Assembly (NCBI GenBank): GCA_951406725.2
Contig: OX597821.1
Coordinates: 90,210,001-90,274,000, forward strand
Length of the DNA stretch: 64,000 nt
Direction: 5' to 3'
DNA from: Octopus vulgaris
Lineage: Eukaryota
The first letter of the stretch is position 1. The number at the start of each line of letters is the position of its first letter. This document shows, in pieces, positions 38,790 through 54,220 of this stretch. A program made the position numbers and the translations under genes. Below the pieces are notes generated by a model that saw only the letters and a list, made by a program, of their open reading frames with translations, was not told the DNA's origin and ran no database searches.

Positions 38790-41390
38790 ATCACTCCTCC
38801 TCATCATCATCATCATCATCGCGATTTTGTGTCCGTTTCTCCTTGATACTTTGTTCGAAACTACTTACATTATCATAGCGTTTCGCAAACTGTTGCAGTT
38901 AATTGTCATTTCCTCGGTGAGATTTTAGCCTCCTTAGGTCATATTTCACTACTTATAACATTGTCTTCTTTAATCTTACTATTTTGCAGGTTCCTTCCAT
39001 GTGAATTGCTTTTGCATTTCTTTACCTAACTGCCATGCTATATACAAATTATGTACTTGTGTCAGCACAGTGTCTCTTTTCTTGAACACTATATTTAACA
39101 AGTGGTATCTCAAGGCTTTTAAAACACACTGGATTTACCAGGGCACCACGAGTATAGGAGGCAAATTCGTATCTGATTCTTCAATATATTCAGTCTCCCC
39201 ATTTCTACACACATTCATTTTACACAGGCAGTCAACCCTGCTTCCCTATTATCCTTTTAGCTTTCATACATTCATTGCATTCAATGCTTAAGTTTTTTAA
39301 AAGGACGCACAAAAACAATCGGCCTTTCACTCGGAATGAATCATTTATTGCCAGCGATAGCAAATCTCTAATCTTTTCTCACCCACATTCTACTCTGTTT
39401 AGGAACAATCAGCCTTTGGAACAATCAGCCCTTCTATTAATCAGTTAAACTGTACAAAGGAAGCTCCCGTCTTCTAAGGATTCTTCGGATCATTTGAAAG
39501 AATTTGTTTCATGGGTGATCTGCGTCGGCTACATACAGCTTATATGTGATTATTTAAGGAAACCATAGATTATATTGTTTATACCATATGAAATGTGTAC
39601 CTAATTTTTACTTGGTATATCAAGAATGGACATTTTCCAAACGGCAATACAATCCACTTTTCGTCACTGCCAGCGAAAGCTATTGTTTTCGCAATTTTTG
39701 CTTTTTATCCTCTTGATCCTGGATTTTAATTCGACAATCAAAATCTTCGAAAGATACGGCAGTGACAACTAAGTCATCGGTATACAAAAGCTACAACAGA
39801 AAATCAGTTTTAAACTCCTGTTGGAACCTGTAGGACTATAACGAAAAGTGGAGGCAAGTGTAAAACGAGTCGTTTTGAAGACAGCCTTTCCAAACTATTT
39901 CTATACCACAACAGTTATGAGCGATTCCTTTACATCAAGTTTTCCTAAAGGCCATCTGACTATTGAGCGCCGTAAACTGTGAAGTCAACGAATGTAAGAA
40001 ATATGCGCCTGATGATCACTAAGGACTTTTATTGTAACATTCACTATGAATTAAGCATAGACGATATCCCAGTCAGGTACAAATCTGAACGTCACTTCAT
40101 TTAATTAATTCCTTTCTTAATTTTACTAAAGTTTCGTTTGTTAATTTTATAAACTGACCATTAGTTAGAAGAACGTTTCTTTTTGGAGCAACTCTTTTGC
40201 TTGTGACAGCTGATGATACTGTTGGTGTCATTAGGTATGACAACACTTTGTACTATCTCATTGATTGTGTGAATGACAAAAGTGTGTTCAACTTCGTAGG
40301 TTATTTTCAGCATCTTAGCGGATATTTTCTTCATGGTCGAATTGCTTTTCTTTTCATCATATCCTTTAAATGTTCTTTTTATTGAGCAGCCGTCGAGTTA
40401 AATAGCAAATCTCTACCTTCCCCACCCTTCTCTCTCTTTATCGCTCTCTTATGCATTATCATATTCAGTAAGCTCTTCGGTAATTTTCAATGCCTCATCC
40501 TTTTTGATAATGTTGGTGGTGATGGTAAGCACTCCGCTATCATTTTGTACATACTGTATTTTCCAAAAGGATTATTCTCGCTGACACACAGCCTTTCAAT
40601 TCGGAATATCTAAGATCCTCCTTTTTTTAGGTGTAGAACAATAGCAAACATCTTAACTTCAGCTTTCACCTATTATATATATTTGTCGATCTCTAGACTG
40701 TGTTGCGATTATATTTCTTCAAATGAATCTAAAGACTCTTTCTCATTGTTTTCTCTCCATCAGCCAAACCATGGTGTTTGAATGTCACTCTCTTTCAAGA
40801 TAGATACTTGCTCTGTTCACAGATTGCCTCGCACTAATTCTGTATTATTTCTTCTCCGTATTGTTTGCCTCTATTTCATCATCCTCCTCTCAATACACAT
40901 CAGCTAATGCTTATTTCTGTATAGGTAAAGGCGACGGATATTTCAGCTTCAATTCCTTCCATTAAATCACTAGTCTCCATTGTATGATATATTTTAAATA
41001 GGGAAGATTTCGCATTCAATACTAGCTGTCTATCTCAATTGCTAGTATTTATACAATCTACTTAGCTTAGATATTTCATAGTAAAATTTAATGGCGCTAT
41101 TGGGCCAGATGAGTAGGTCATTCACATCACACATCTCTAGATAACTAAATCCCTTTTCAATCGCTTCGCTGTATTGGGAACCAACATGAGCGACAGAGTA
41201 GCCAACAAAGTACTCACCAACATGTCTATTAATGTCAACAGTAGCGATAAAGAGGCCACTATCATTTGTTACCGAGATAGTTTGTCGGTGAAATTCATTG
41301 AAACATTTCTTTTGCTTATCTATCGGCCTTGATTATGGTACATAAGAAGGGAGCTCTGTTGCTGTTGTGTAGCCTATCACTAGCCTATCA
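38790..41390 (-). mobile_element. RTE-like LINE remnant (APE endonuclease + RT), highly decayed
   Basis: Minus strand SYVP*..KQKKCF (cf. YAPQ), LFIATVDINRHVG (cf. GDFNGHVG), LLYTDDLVV near 39760-39795 (cf. YADD); (GAT)n tract at the 3' end. Confidence 0.75.
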
Positions 41391-41469
41391 TTAATTATAC
41401 TATTATACTGTCTTTCTAGTCTAAGGTCAATAATTTTAAGATTAATCATCCATTTTGTTTATGTCAAAT

Positions 41470-41720
41470 ATATGTGTGCATGTATATATGTACATATACA
41501 TATACATGCATATGTATATATATACATATACATGTATACACACACACATATATATATGTGTGTGTGTCTGTATACATGCATATATACGTATATATATATA
41601 CACATATATATATGAAGACGTATATATATATGACTATATACACATTTGTGTTTATATACTATATATGTATGTATGTATATACTTGTGTGTGTGTATGTTG
41701 ATATATATATATACGCACAA

Positions 41721-41752
<32 letters not shown>

Positions 41753-42291
41753 CAATGCATATATCTAGATAATCTGGTATATATACACACGCAAATTCGT
41801 ATGTTTACGTATATGTTTTTGCGTGTGTATAAATGTGTTTATGTGCATATATTATATAACATCTCATTTGAAACAGATATGGCTGCTTCTGAATTGACTT
41901 TCACTCATCAATAAGTCTGTCATCAATCTTTCATAATGTCTTGAAGTGTCAGAATTTCTACCAAGACCGATATTGATTGATCTCTGAGGTTAGATAGAAA
42001 ATAATGTAGAAATAACTACTTGTTTGTCCTTTATCATTACATCTGCTATTTATTTTAACTGTTTATTTAATGTTTTGCTGTTCTTCTCTTTTGTCATTGT
42101 ATTTCATCGAGAGTTCTTTTAGGATATCTTCTAGAGAACAATGAGGTCATCTATAGATACGAGGTTTAATATATTTGCACGCAGCGTGAAAAACAATATA
42201 TTTGTGTGTTTATGTATGTATGTAAGTATGTATATATATATATATATATGTGTATATATATATATATATATGCATGTTTATATATATAGAT

Positions 42292-42330
<39 letters not shown>

Positions 42331-42423
42331 CACACATATATAGACATATATGCATAATATGTGTATCTTTCTACATTTCTATCTATCTATCAATCGGTCT
42401 TTCTGCGTGTGTGTGTGTGAGTG

Positions 42424-42474
<51 letters not shown>

Positions 42475-42701
42475 GCACACAGGCAAGCGCACAACCATCC
42501 TCCCACAAACATACAAAAATATATATTATTTGATCCTCTGTCTGGAGAATTTATAATTGGATGTTTTTTATGTTTTATCCCAAGAGTACAAATTTGTAAT
42601 TCCTATTATCAAATGAAACATATGTTATGGTGAATAAATAATACCAAAGAAATTTTACAACCTTCGGTATTGATATACTTATACATACATATATACATGC
42701 A

Positions 42702-42767
<66 letters not shown>

Positions 42768-42805
42768 AATATATACATACATAATTATGTGCATATATTA
42801 ATATG

Positions 42806-42846
<41 letters not shown>

Positions 42847-42970
42847 ACATACACATATATAATTATGTACACACATATATATATATATACAAACATGCAT
42901 ACATATATAATTATATGTATATATATAAATATATATAATATAGAGAAGGAGAAAGTGATAGATAGGTAGG

Positions 42971-43048
<78 letters not shown>

Positions 43049-43050
43049 TA
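41470..43050. repeat. Low-complexity (TA)/(CA)/(TAGA) microsatellite-rich region
   Basis: Multiple interrupted microsatellite tracts. Confidence 0.85.
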
Positions 43051-43611
43051 ATCAATAACGAACATAAGGAAAGCTTACTCGATACGTAGTGTAATGTATC
43101 ATTACTTTTATGCTGCTGAAGTCGTAGATTAGTCTTATGTTAATAACTCTATTAATCAGAGAACATAAAGTTTTTAATGTAATAAAACGTACTTATTTTG
43201 CAGAGATCGCCTCTTCGCATCCTTATATCATTGAATAACGAAGAATAACGTAGGCAATATGAGTCACATACGAAAAGTAATTATTGCCAACAGAAAGAAA
43301 AAGCCTTTCATTCGAAGAGACATTTTAGCTTCACATAATATAAAAGCATTTTTTTGTAAACATCAGCGAAATGAAAAACAAGTACCATCAATTAAAATAA
43401 TTTACTAAAATAATCATTCTTTGCTTTGATGGTAAATTTCCCTTGTGGATCTCTTAGTATGTTCTGTCACATACGTCACGTTGGTGTATCCTTTTCCTGA
43501 ATGCTTACTATGATTACACTTGTTAGCAGCTTATATTTCGACTTGATTTCACATGGAATTTTATGTTTGCTCGCGATCAGGTTGTACTAATCAATTCAGT
43601 AACCCATTACT

Positions 43612-43745
43612 CCTCCCCCTCCTCCTCCTCCTCCTCCTACTACTACTACTACGACTGGTAATAATAATAAAAATATTATTATTAATAATAATAAAATAAT
43701 TAGAATAATAATAATAATAATAACAATAACAACAACAATAATAAT

Positions 43746-43810
<65 letters not shown>
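43612..43810. repeat. (CCT)n(CTA)n(TAA)n trinucleotide tract
   Basis: Directly visible. Confidence 0.95.
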
Positions 43811-43812
<2 letters not shown>

Positions 43813-44366
43813 GCCCTGATGCAGTACCAGGCAGTGGCTCTCATGGCTTCTGATCTTAACTGATTGGAAGTGTTATCATGTACATTGTTTTGTCTTGGTA
43901 TAAAAGACAAGCTACAGCAAATATTCTGCTCAATACCACAGATTTGCTTGTCAGTTGTTTGACCTTAACCAGTTGAGCATGTCCCTTAGTGGCTGACGAT
44001 ATGTGCATCTCTGATCACGAGCAGAAGTAGTGGGGGAGCATCATAGCCATGTGTTGAGAGGGATTCTTTGGGGTTTGAATAATTCACCTCTGGAAACATG
44101 GGTGGTTCTTTCAACATCCTTAAACAACCCTTATTCAGGGACCTTTTGAGCGGGATGGGCTACTCAACCTGAAGAAAACTCTAACTGGGCCCCACCTGCA
44201 AGGTCATGTGCTGTTTATCTTGATATGAGATCACCATGTCGCGCACATATTGTTGTGATGCATGTGCCTGGTGTACCCTTATCAGACGGGTAGTCATGAT
44301 GGGTATATTGGGCTTCGTATATTTTACCCCAGTGTCACTTTGATGGCATGCACTGCTCTCTCACTC
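43811..44366. mobile_element. Unclassified 556-bp non-coding insertion within a (TAA)n tract
   Basis: GC-richer complex sequence with sharp boundaries and same-orientation (TAA)n on both sides. Confidence 0.6.
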
Positions 44367-44397
44367 AATAATAATAATAATAATAATAATAATGATA

Positions 44398-44906
44398 TTG
44401 TGCTGACACCAAACGAATACTAAAATCGCCACGATAGGGTAGGACAGTATATACATTGGAAGATATGTAAACACTACAAATTCGGCAGTCCTGCTAACTG
44501 GTATGAACACCATCCTCAGCCAGTTTTTGAAGATAAAAAATGTCACCATCCTCTGGGATTTTCCAGTCAACACTGACAGAACGATCAAGGCTAATCGACC
44601 AGACATAATTGTTAAAGACTGGGAAGAAAATACCTGCAGACTAATAGAGGTAAGCGTCCCCACTGATAAAAATATATTTGTAAAAGAATTTGACAAACTT
44701 AGTAAATATAAGGACCTGGAAATCGAAATACAAAAGATGTGGAATCTTAAAACAAAAACTGTTCCTGTTATTGTAGGTGCCCTAGGTATGATAAAAAAGG
44801 GATGTCAGAAACATCTAGACAATATCCCTGGGGAACCATGTCTCAAGGAAATCCAAAAGATTGTGCTAACAAGTACTGCCCACATCCTTAGAAAAAACCC
44901 TATCAA
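44398..44906 (+). mobile_element. R4/Dong-like non-LTR retrotransposon C-terminal fragment (REL endonuclease)
   Basis: RHDRVGQYIHW, ILWDFPVNTDRTIKANRPDIIVKD, LIEVSVP, KLSKYKDL, VPVIVGALG; one stop and frameshifts; flanked by TAA/ATT repeats. Confidence 0.9.
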
Positions 44907-44921
44907 TTATTATCATCATCA

Positions 44922-44988
<67 letters not shown>

Positions 44989-44998
44989 CATTATTATC
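44907..44998. repeat. (ATT)n tract
   Basis: Directly visible. Confidence 0.95.
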
Positions 44999-45098
44999 AA
45001 ACGATGAGCTAGCAAACTCGTTAGCATACTGTACCAAATTAGCATCATTTTGTCCGTTTTGGGGTTCTGAGATCAAACACCACCAGGTTCGACAATGC

Positions 45099-45181
<83 letters not shown>

Positions 45182-48144
45182 AACACACGTACACCCAATA
45201 TATGTATACATATAGATATATATATACATACATACATATATACATACACAATACACACTCATACTTATGCAAATACACATTCACATCACCGGACATGAAA
45301 TATAAGAATGTGTGGGATACACAGTTGAATGTTATATATATATATTAATGTCAAAAGTGTATTCTAAGAGAAATGCATCGAAATATCCTCCCACTTATTT
45401 AATTTTATATTATATTAAATAACAATGAATCCGCAAAGAACTCTTTTTTTAAAAGTATTTCCACCCTTACAATTGCTTGACATAGTATCAGGTCATCGTT
45501 TTGAGTTTGTAATATATATCTAGGAAATCATATCACGATGCTCAGATGAATATGATTTATGGAGATATTTATTCGATATTTATTGCAAAAGAAATTCCCT
45601 AAAATAGATTTTATATATTACATGATGACGGTGGCGTGCTTTTATGGAGAATAATTTGCGATCGTATTTGAGTCGATTTAGGGAGGATTTGACTAATTAT
45701 TTTGTGAACGACGGCTTACTATTACAGTAGATATCAATAATATCATCGATAGTTTTCCAGAGGAAAACTTGAGACCAGATAACCATTGTTTGTGGCCATA
45801 TCACAAACCGAATGTGCAAATAGTTCACATACATAGGCAATCAAGTCATTCGTGCAGCATCTTGAGAATTGTCAATATTTTTATTGACCAGGTATTTTCC
45901 ATACATTTTGAAGAAGAAGCTTTTTAGATGTAACGTGGTATCATGATTAAATTCTTAGAAACAGTGAATTCTCTGATTAGACAGAACATATAAAAGCTTT
46001 GGGAGATAAATGTACTGGACAAATAAAAGATATGGGAAATTGATGATTTTTTATCGTATATCATAGTATAAAATTTAGAATTAAGAATTAATACAGCTAT
46101 TGAATTTTTTGATTTGATAACTCACCATTTTCCGTTGAGGCATAAACACGAAAAGGTATTGAATTGGAACTATGATATGATTAGTTATTTTCGTTTTAAA
46201 TCAGATGCTATTATGTTGCACGGCTGTATGAGACAGATAGTGAAGCAACTAACCAATTTCTAATCATACAACTTTAGAATCGGTAAATAATTATGCACTA
46301 GATGATAACTGCGTAGCAATGTAACAGCCAGTATATAAACTGCCAAAGTCGAAAACACTAACTGTAATGAATCAAAGATGTATATCGCAGCAACTGAATT
46401 GACATTCAAAATCTATATTTTAGGCAAACCCATTGAATTATCAAACCTGATTGAATGTTATATCATTCTTATATGAGATGTTTTCATGAATTAAAATTAC
46501 TTATTGGATTGTGTATAAGGCTCAAGACTATAGGAATGGTCATTTCAAATCAAAATACGATGTGATTTTGATTGAACGAGAAAATACAGAATTATGTGCC
46601 CATACACAAATGGCTTGAACGAAACCAAATTTTCATGAAACCATACAGTTTTGAAAACGTACCAACCTGTGAAAATTATCTACAGATGAAACTTTTCAAA
46701 CAAATTATTTAAACAGCTACTACAAAAAAATTTCATACGAGAAGAATTGATTTACACGCTTGTATGAGGTTCGCTTCTGCATGTAGGATTAAATGTGTGA
46801 AGATATTTGTATAATTTTTGAATTACAACATCAGCTAGGAAGAAGATTGAAAAAGTGATCTTGAGGCAACCAGTTTTATAAATATTGCTCACTTGAATAT
46901 TCTTTAAAAGATTTGAGAGAAGCATTCCTCAGTATCTCTCATATCCTGTGCTTTAAGTGATAACAAGCTGAGATAGTGAATAGAAAGAGTGGAAATACAA
47001 AACACGGCTTACTGGTATTTTGAGCCCTTCAGTTCATGTGTGTGTGTGCGTGTGTGCATGCTTACACACGTCTTTATAAATAAATTGATATGTATCTTAT
47101 CTACACATATGCTCACATCACTCCCTGTTTTTCATTTTTCCTTTCACTACAGTACACTGCTCCTCTCAAACTCCCCCTCTCCCTCCCTCATTGTCATATC
47201 TATACTGTCATATATCTACATACACATCAAACAGACTTACACGGTCATCCCAACCCAACATAGATGGAGATTGAAAGCACACACACTCATAGATTTATAT
47301 ACGCCATCAGAACCGTCTCCTTCATTACCACCACTATCAACCTCACCACCATGATGGCCACTACGAAGCTCATAGAGATTCTGTTACCAATATTTGAAAC
47401 AAACACCAAAGATATTAAATTTTGTGACACCCCACCACCTACTGCCTCATTTCTTTCAATAAAATAAATCTTGAACAAAAATTATAGCAAATAAATGTTG
47501 CAAAAATGTATAAAAAGAACAAACAAAAATATTTTATAAACTCCGCACCACCAGACTGCCATACACCTAGCCACATATATACAGACACACAAATACAGAG
47601 AGGGAGAGGGGGGAGGAAGAGAAATGGAGAGAATGGGAGAATGGTAGAGAAGGCAGAGATGGGGTGGAATTTAATACAAAATATAACAAAACTAAAGTGA
47701 ATCTAAGTAACAAAGAAATAAATAAAAGCAGAATACACATAAAAATGTTCATACAAAAAACATACAAAAATATAATTTAAAAAGAAGTAAACAAAGGAAA
47801 TATCTTTTAGGAGAGAATTTACTGAATTTGGAAGCAATAAATTGTAAAAGATGTTAGGAAGTGAAGTGATATGGCGAGGCTAAAATAATGAGTATTGAAA
47901 GGAAGTATTGCTGGGAAGTGGAGATTGAATCAAACACATATGCCATACTGTGGGATTTAGATATTTAAGTATCAACCTTTGACAATAAATTTTCTCTCGG
48001 CTGTGTATAAGATGTGAACGTGTTGTTGTTGTTGCTAGTTTTTCTTGGTGGTGGCTGTGGCAATCGTAGTAGTGTTAGTGTTCAGCCTCTTGGTAAGCTC
48101 TTCGTACGTTGATTCACGACCGGAGTTATTTACACCGTGGCTGT

Positions 48145-48534
48145 CGTGGAGGCGCAATGGCCCAGTGGTTAGGGCAGCGGACTCGCGGTTATAGGATCGC
48201 GGTTTCGATTCCCAGACCGGGTGCTGTGAGTGTTTATTGAGCGAAAACACCTAAAAGCTCCACGAGGCTGCGGCAGGGGATGGTGGTGATCCCTGCTGTA
48301 CTCTTTCACCACAACTTTCTCTCACTCTTACTTCCTGTATCTGTTGTACCTGTATTTCAAGGAGCCGGCCTTGTCACTCTCTGTGTCACGCTGAATATCC
48401 CCGAGAACTACGTTAAGGGTACACGTGTCTGTGGAGTGCTCAGCCACTTACACGTTAATTTCACGAGCAGGCTGTTCCGTTGATTCGGATCAACCGGAAC
48501 CCTCGTCATCGTAACCGACGGAGTGCTTCCATCC
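48145..48534 (+). mobile_element. SINE family B, full length with 13-bp TSD
   Basis: ACACCGTGGCTGT duplicated at 48132-48144 and 48535-48547; intact A/B boxes. Confidence 0.95.
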
Positions 48535-48611
48535 ACACCGTGGCTGTACCATGCAGTGGCTAACGCATAATTAAGTAACTCCAGATGTGATTGAAAGGAT
48601 GCTTCGGTTCT

Positions 48612-48848
48612 GTTTCTTATTTTTTTATTGCCCACAAGGGGTTAACATAGAGGGGACAAACAAGGACAGACAAAGGGATTAAGTCGATTACATCGCCTCC
48701 AGTGCGTAACTGGTACTTAATTTATCGACTCCGAAAGGATGGAAGGCAAAGTCGACCTCGGCGGAATTTGAACTCAGAACATAAAAACAGACGAAATACT
48801 GCTAAACACTTCGCCTGACGTGCTAACATTTCTGTCAGCTCGCCGCCT
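48612..48848 (-). mobile_element. tRNA-derived SINE family D (Meta-domain-like centre)
   Basis: Minus strand GGCGGCGAGCTGACAGAA..GAGTTCAAATTCC (B box)..GGTCGACTTTGCCTTCCATCCTTTCGGAGTCGATAAA; CTTC(G/A)GTTCT flanking repeat. Confidence 0.88.
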
Positions 48849-48860
48849 ACTTCAGTTCTA

Positions 48861-50157
<1,297 letters not shown>

Positions 50158-50159
50158 AT

Positions 50160-50310
50160 ATATATATATATACGACGGTCTTCCTTCAGTTCTTATCTAC
50201 CAATTCCACCCAGGTTTTGGTCACCTCGAGACTATTTAAGAATACACTCGTCCAAGGTGCCATGCAGTGTGATTGAACCATGAACCAAGCTTCTTATCAC
50301 ACAGCCGCGT
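50160..50310 (-). mobile_element. Degenerate SINE family A 5' part
   Basis: TATACGAC..CCAAGGTGCCATGCAGTG..CACACAGCC. Confidence 0.7.
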
Positions 50311-50315
50311 ATGTA

Positions 50316-50360
<45 letters not shown>

Positions 50361-50460
50361 AATGTAGGATAAAACTTTTTCGAAAAACATTATTTTCCCC
50401 AAAAATTTTATCAATGGCCAACATATTAAAAAATACCTTTAAAGGTTAAATTTATAAACG

Positions 50461-50535
<75 letters not shown>

Positions 50536-50839
50536 AATATACATACTTATATCTATATATAAAATATACTTAACATTTTAGATTTATTGCATAACTTTGC
50601 ATTTGTCTATATATGTACACACTCAAACACACACACACACACACACATACAGATGTAAATTTATTACCTGCCTCTACATATATGACTCATACATACATTT
50701 TTTTCTTCTGTAAATTATACTAAATATGTTTTACACAAAGGAAATCTACACAGAATAGCACAGAAACGAAGTATCTTCATTTAAGTAATCACAATAATAT
50801 ATTATATAATGCATCATATTATATATGCACGCATTCACG

Positions 50840-50918
<79 letters not shown>

Positions 50919-50950
50919 GTCTGTCTATCTGTCTGTCTATCTGTTTATCT
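50840..50950. repeat. (CTAT)n microsatellite
   Basis: Directly visible. Confidence 0.95.
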
Positions 50951-51256
50951 AAGTCCTAGTAATATGCAGAAAATGATGTGCTTGTTGAATCATGTTTTTA
51001 ATATTCAGTTTTTATTGATTCGGAGTTGTGTGCAATCTCACCACTGTTATTTTTACCAGATAAGCAGTTTAGCTTTTGCATTCATGGAATACATTCTTGG
51101 GTAGTCTTTTAACATCTAAGTGAAAGCGCGAAAAGCTAGTGCCGTTATACGTGCTAATGCAGCTTTGGTTTCCAGTAATTCCTTTGGATTTATCACTAGT
51201 AGAATATGTGTCACATTGTTCTATTTAAAGGGTAGTTAAGTATGTAAATCTTGTTC

Positions 51257-51633
51257 ACTCTTTTACTTGTTTCAGTCATTTGACTGCGGCCATGCTGGAG
51301 CAACGCCTTTTAGTCGAGCAAATCGACCCCAGCAATTATTCTTTGTAAGCCTAGTACTTATTCTATCGATCTCTTTTTGCTGAACCGCTAGGTTACTCAC
51401 CAGCATCGGTTGTTAAGCGATGTTGGAGTCCAAACGCAGACACACAAACACACACATATATATACATATACATAAATATGACAGGCTTCTTTCAGTTTCC
51501 GTCTACCAAATCCACTCACAAGGCTTTGGTCGGCCCGAGGCTATAGTAGAAGACACTTTGCCCAAGGTATCACGCAGTGAGACTGAACCCTGAACCATGT
51601 GGTTCGTAAGCAAACAACTTACAACACAGTCAC
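51257..51633 (-). mobile_element. SINE family A
   Basis: Homologous to the other copies; tail at left, head at right. Confidence 0.92.
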
Positions 51634-51788
51634 TAATGAACCATTTAGTATTAACTCTGTTGGGACTAATAGAAGTAACTTTACTTTTCATTCTTGAAAC
51701 CTCAGAATTCCACAACCTCATCCTAAATAAAGTATTATATAAGAAAGTTTGTTCGTTTGCTGATATCTTAAATATATTAAGAGATATA

Positions 51789-52237
51789 CGCGTAGGAGTG
51801 ACTGTGTGGTAAGTAGATTACTTACGAACCACATGGTTCCGAGTTCATTCCCACTGCGTGGAACCTTGGGCAAAGTGTCTTCTACTATAGCCTCGGGCCG
51901 ACCAAAGCCTTGTGAGTAGATATGGTAGAAGGAAACTGAAAGAAGCCCGTCGTATATATGTATATATATGTATATATGTGTATGTATGTGTGTGTACGTT
52001 TTGTGTTTCAGTGTTTGTCCCCCCCCCCCACCAATATCAACCCCCACTTGACAACCCATGCTGGTGTGTTTACGCTCCCGTAACCTAGCGGTTCGGCAAA
52101 AGAGACCGATGGAATAAGTACTAGGCTTACAAAGAATAAGTCCTGGGGTCAATTTTCTCGACTAAAGTGGGTTCTCCAGCATGGCCACAGTCAAATGACT
52201 GAAACAAGTAAAGAATCAAAGAAAAGGGTAAAAGAGT
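51789..52237 (+). mobile_element. SINE family A
   Basis: CGTAGGAGTGACTGTGTGG head through the GACTGAAACAAGTAAAG tail. Confidence 0.92.
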
Positions 52238-52607
52238 AGATATAATGTTGAGCAATTTTCTAAAGGTATTTCCAAATAGAGTTCAAATTTCTGTGTCTAT
52301 AGCGTTTATCTGTGTATCTACATGCGTGTAATTACGTGTGTTTCTCTTGAACTCCCTTTTATAAAAGTGATATCACTTAAAACCAGTGCTTTGTGATTAT
52401 GTCCTGTAACCTAGTGGTTCGAAAAACAGACTGGTAAAATGTGCGCTAGACCTAAAGATATGTACAAGGTCTGATATGGTCGTCTAAAATGATTCATTGT
52501 TACAGCCCCTTAATACTGCAGTCGAATAAAAGAAGCAGACACGTGACCATAAGCGTAAAATCTAATCTGCTTAACACTAAGCTATCTCAAAACAGATCAT
52601 ATATTTA

Positions 52608-53868
52608 CCTGGCTGAGTAAAAAGTAAGCAATGTTTTGAAACATGAAATTCATCACAATACATTTCAACAATGCGGAAATTTTGTTCAACAAAGTACCAT
52701 TACAATCAGCACATTTTTGCCAACGAGTTACAGTTTCTTTATTCTGGTAACATAAAAATCTTAAGTTCTGAACCTGATAAACTCTTTGAACGCACTTTCA
52801 GCATTGGTTTGATTTCTGAACTCCTTCTCTCCTAGGAAACCATCAAGATACTGGAAAAGTGATAGTCGGTAGGAGAAAGGTCTGGGAAATAAGCTGGGTG
52901 GGGAAGAACTTCGTTGCCAAGTTCCTTCAACTTCTGGAGCGTCGTTAGTGAAACATGTCGTCGCGCATTTTCATGAAGAATGATTGGCCCTTTTTTGTTG
53001 ACCAGTCTAGGACGGAGGAGTAGCAATTCATTTTGGTAATGTCATGACATTATCTTTCAACCGTAATGGTTTTTCTGGGTTTTAAAAAGTTATAGTGGAT
53101 GAGTCCAGCAGTACATCACCAAACAGTCACCATAACCTTCTTTCTCAAGAGCTCGGATTTTGGGGAACGTTTTCGGTGATTCCTTTTGGTCCAACCACTG
53201 CTAAGAACGTTTTATTTTTTATTATTATACAGAATTCACTTTTCATCGCAAGTTACAACACAGTTGAGAAATGGGTCGGTCTGGTTACGGTGAGGAAGCG
53301 ACGAAAAATTTTTTACCTGCGCATTTTCTGATTTTCATGCAATTCGTGTAGTACTCATTTGTCGAGCCATTTTTTAAATTTTCCGATCGCATGCCAATGG
53401 TTGCAGGCAGTTTTCTGGCTAAGTTGAAATTATTTTGCCAGTTCTCGAGTAGTTTTACGTAGTCTTTCTCCATGACGGTCATCGATGACAGATGGGCATC
53501 CACTACGCTCGCAATCTTCAAGACTCAGGTCTCCAGTGCGAAATCGTTTAAACCATTTTCGAGCTGACCACTCACTGGTCATTTCCTCATCAAACGTTTC
53601 GTTGATATCGCGAGCAGTTTCGGTTGCTTTACGTCCTTTTTTGAAGTTGAATAGGAAAATTGCTCGAATATCGCACTTTGACAGTTCCATTTCAGACGAT
53701 TGTAAGGGTGAAAAAAATATCAATGTTAATTTATTGATGCATTTGGGCAAGTATATGTCTGTACTTTCAGACAATTGCAAAATAATGTTTAAAAAATTCA
53801 AAACTCTGTAAAAATCCGGTACAAATCCTTCATGGTTCAAAACGTTGCTCATTTTTTACTCAACCTCA
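52608..53868 (-). mobile_element. Mariner transposon, full length, decayed
   Basis: TIRs GG(C/T)TGAGTAAAAA..AGCAA(T/C)GTTTTGAA(A/C)CATGAA at both ends, flanked by TA. Confidence 0.92.
52680..53690 (-). pseudogene. Mariner (DD34D, Hsmar1/cecropia-like) transposase pseudogene
   Basis: IRAIFLFNFKKGRKATETARDIN, WFKRFRTGDLSLED.ERSG.P, IILHENARRH, HPAYFPDLSPTDYHF, RWQKC; frameshifted. Confidence 0.92.
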
Positions 53869-54119
53869 TACTTGTAGTTTTCAGCAAGCAGCTCAGAGAG
53901 ACTTTTTTTAATTCAATCTGTAAACAAATAGTAAATACATACGTGACTTTTATAAAGTCTGTCATGTGACTCTTCACTTGTTATGTACATTGCAGCACTG
54001 GAGATTTATATAGTTACGCATTTTTTTTTGCCGGGAGCTATTTCTTTCATGTAGGAAGATTTCATAGAACATAAAAATATGACACACATATATACGTAAA
54101 TATATGAACATAAACATGC

Positions 54120-54123
<4 letters not shown>

Positions 54124-54152
<29 letters not shown>

Positions 54153-54162
54153 TGTATGTATG

Positions 54163-54193
<31 letters not shown>

Positions 54194-54220
54194 GTATGTA
54201 TGCATGTATGTATGTATATA
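54124..54220. repeat. (TATG)n microsatellite
   Basis: Directly visible. Confidence 0.95.

Noticed and set aside
46290-46580. Possible Helitron Pif1 helicase remnant (IAATEL, YIILI*DVFM)
   Set aside because: Similarity is too short and degenerate to support without a translated profile search
48148-48220. tRNA gene (also the heads at 3378, 11639, 20515, 28331, 60900)
   Set aside because: A/B boxes are present but there is no complete acceptor stem, and each continues into a SINE body; these are SINE heads
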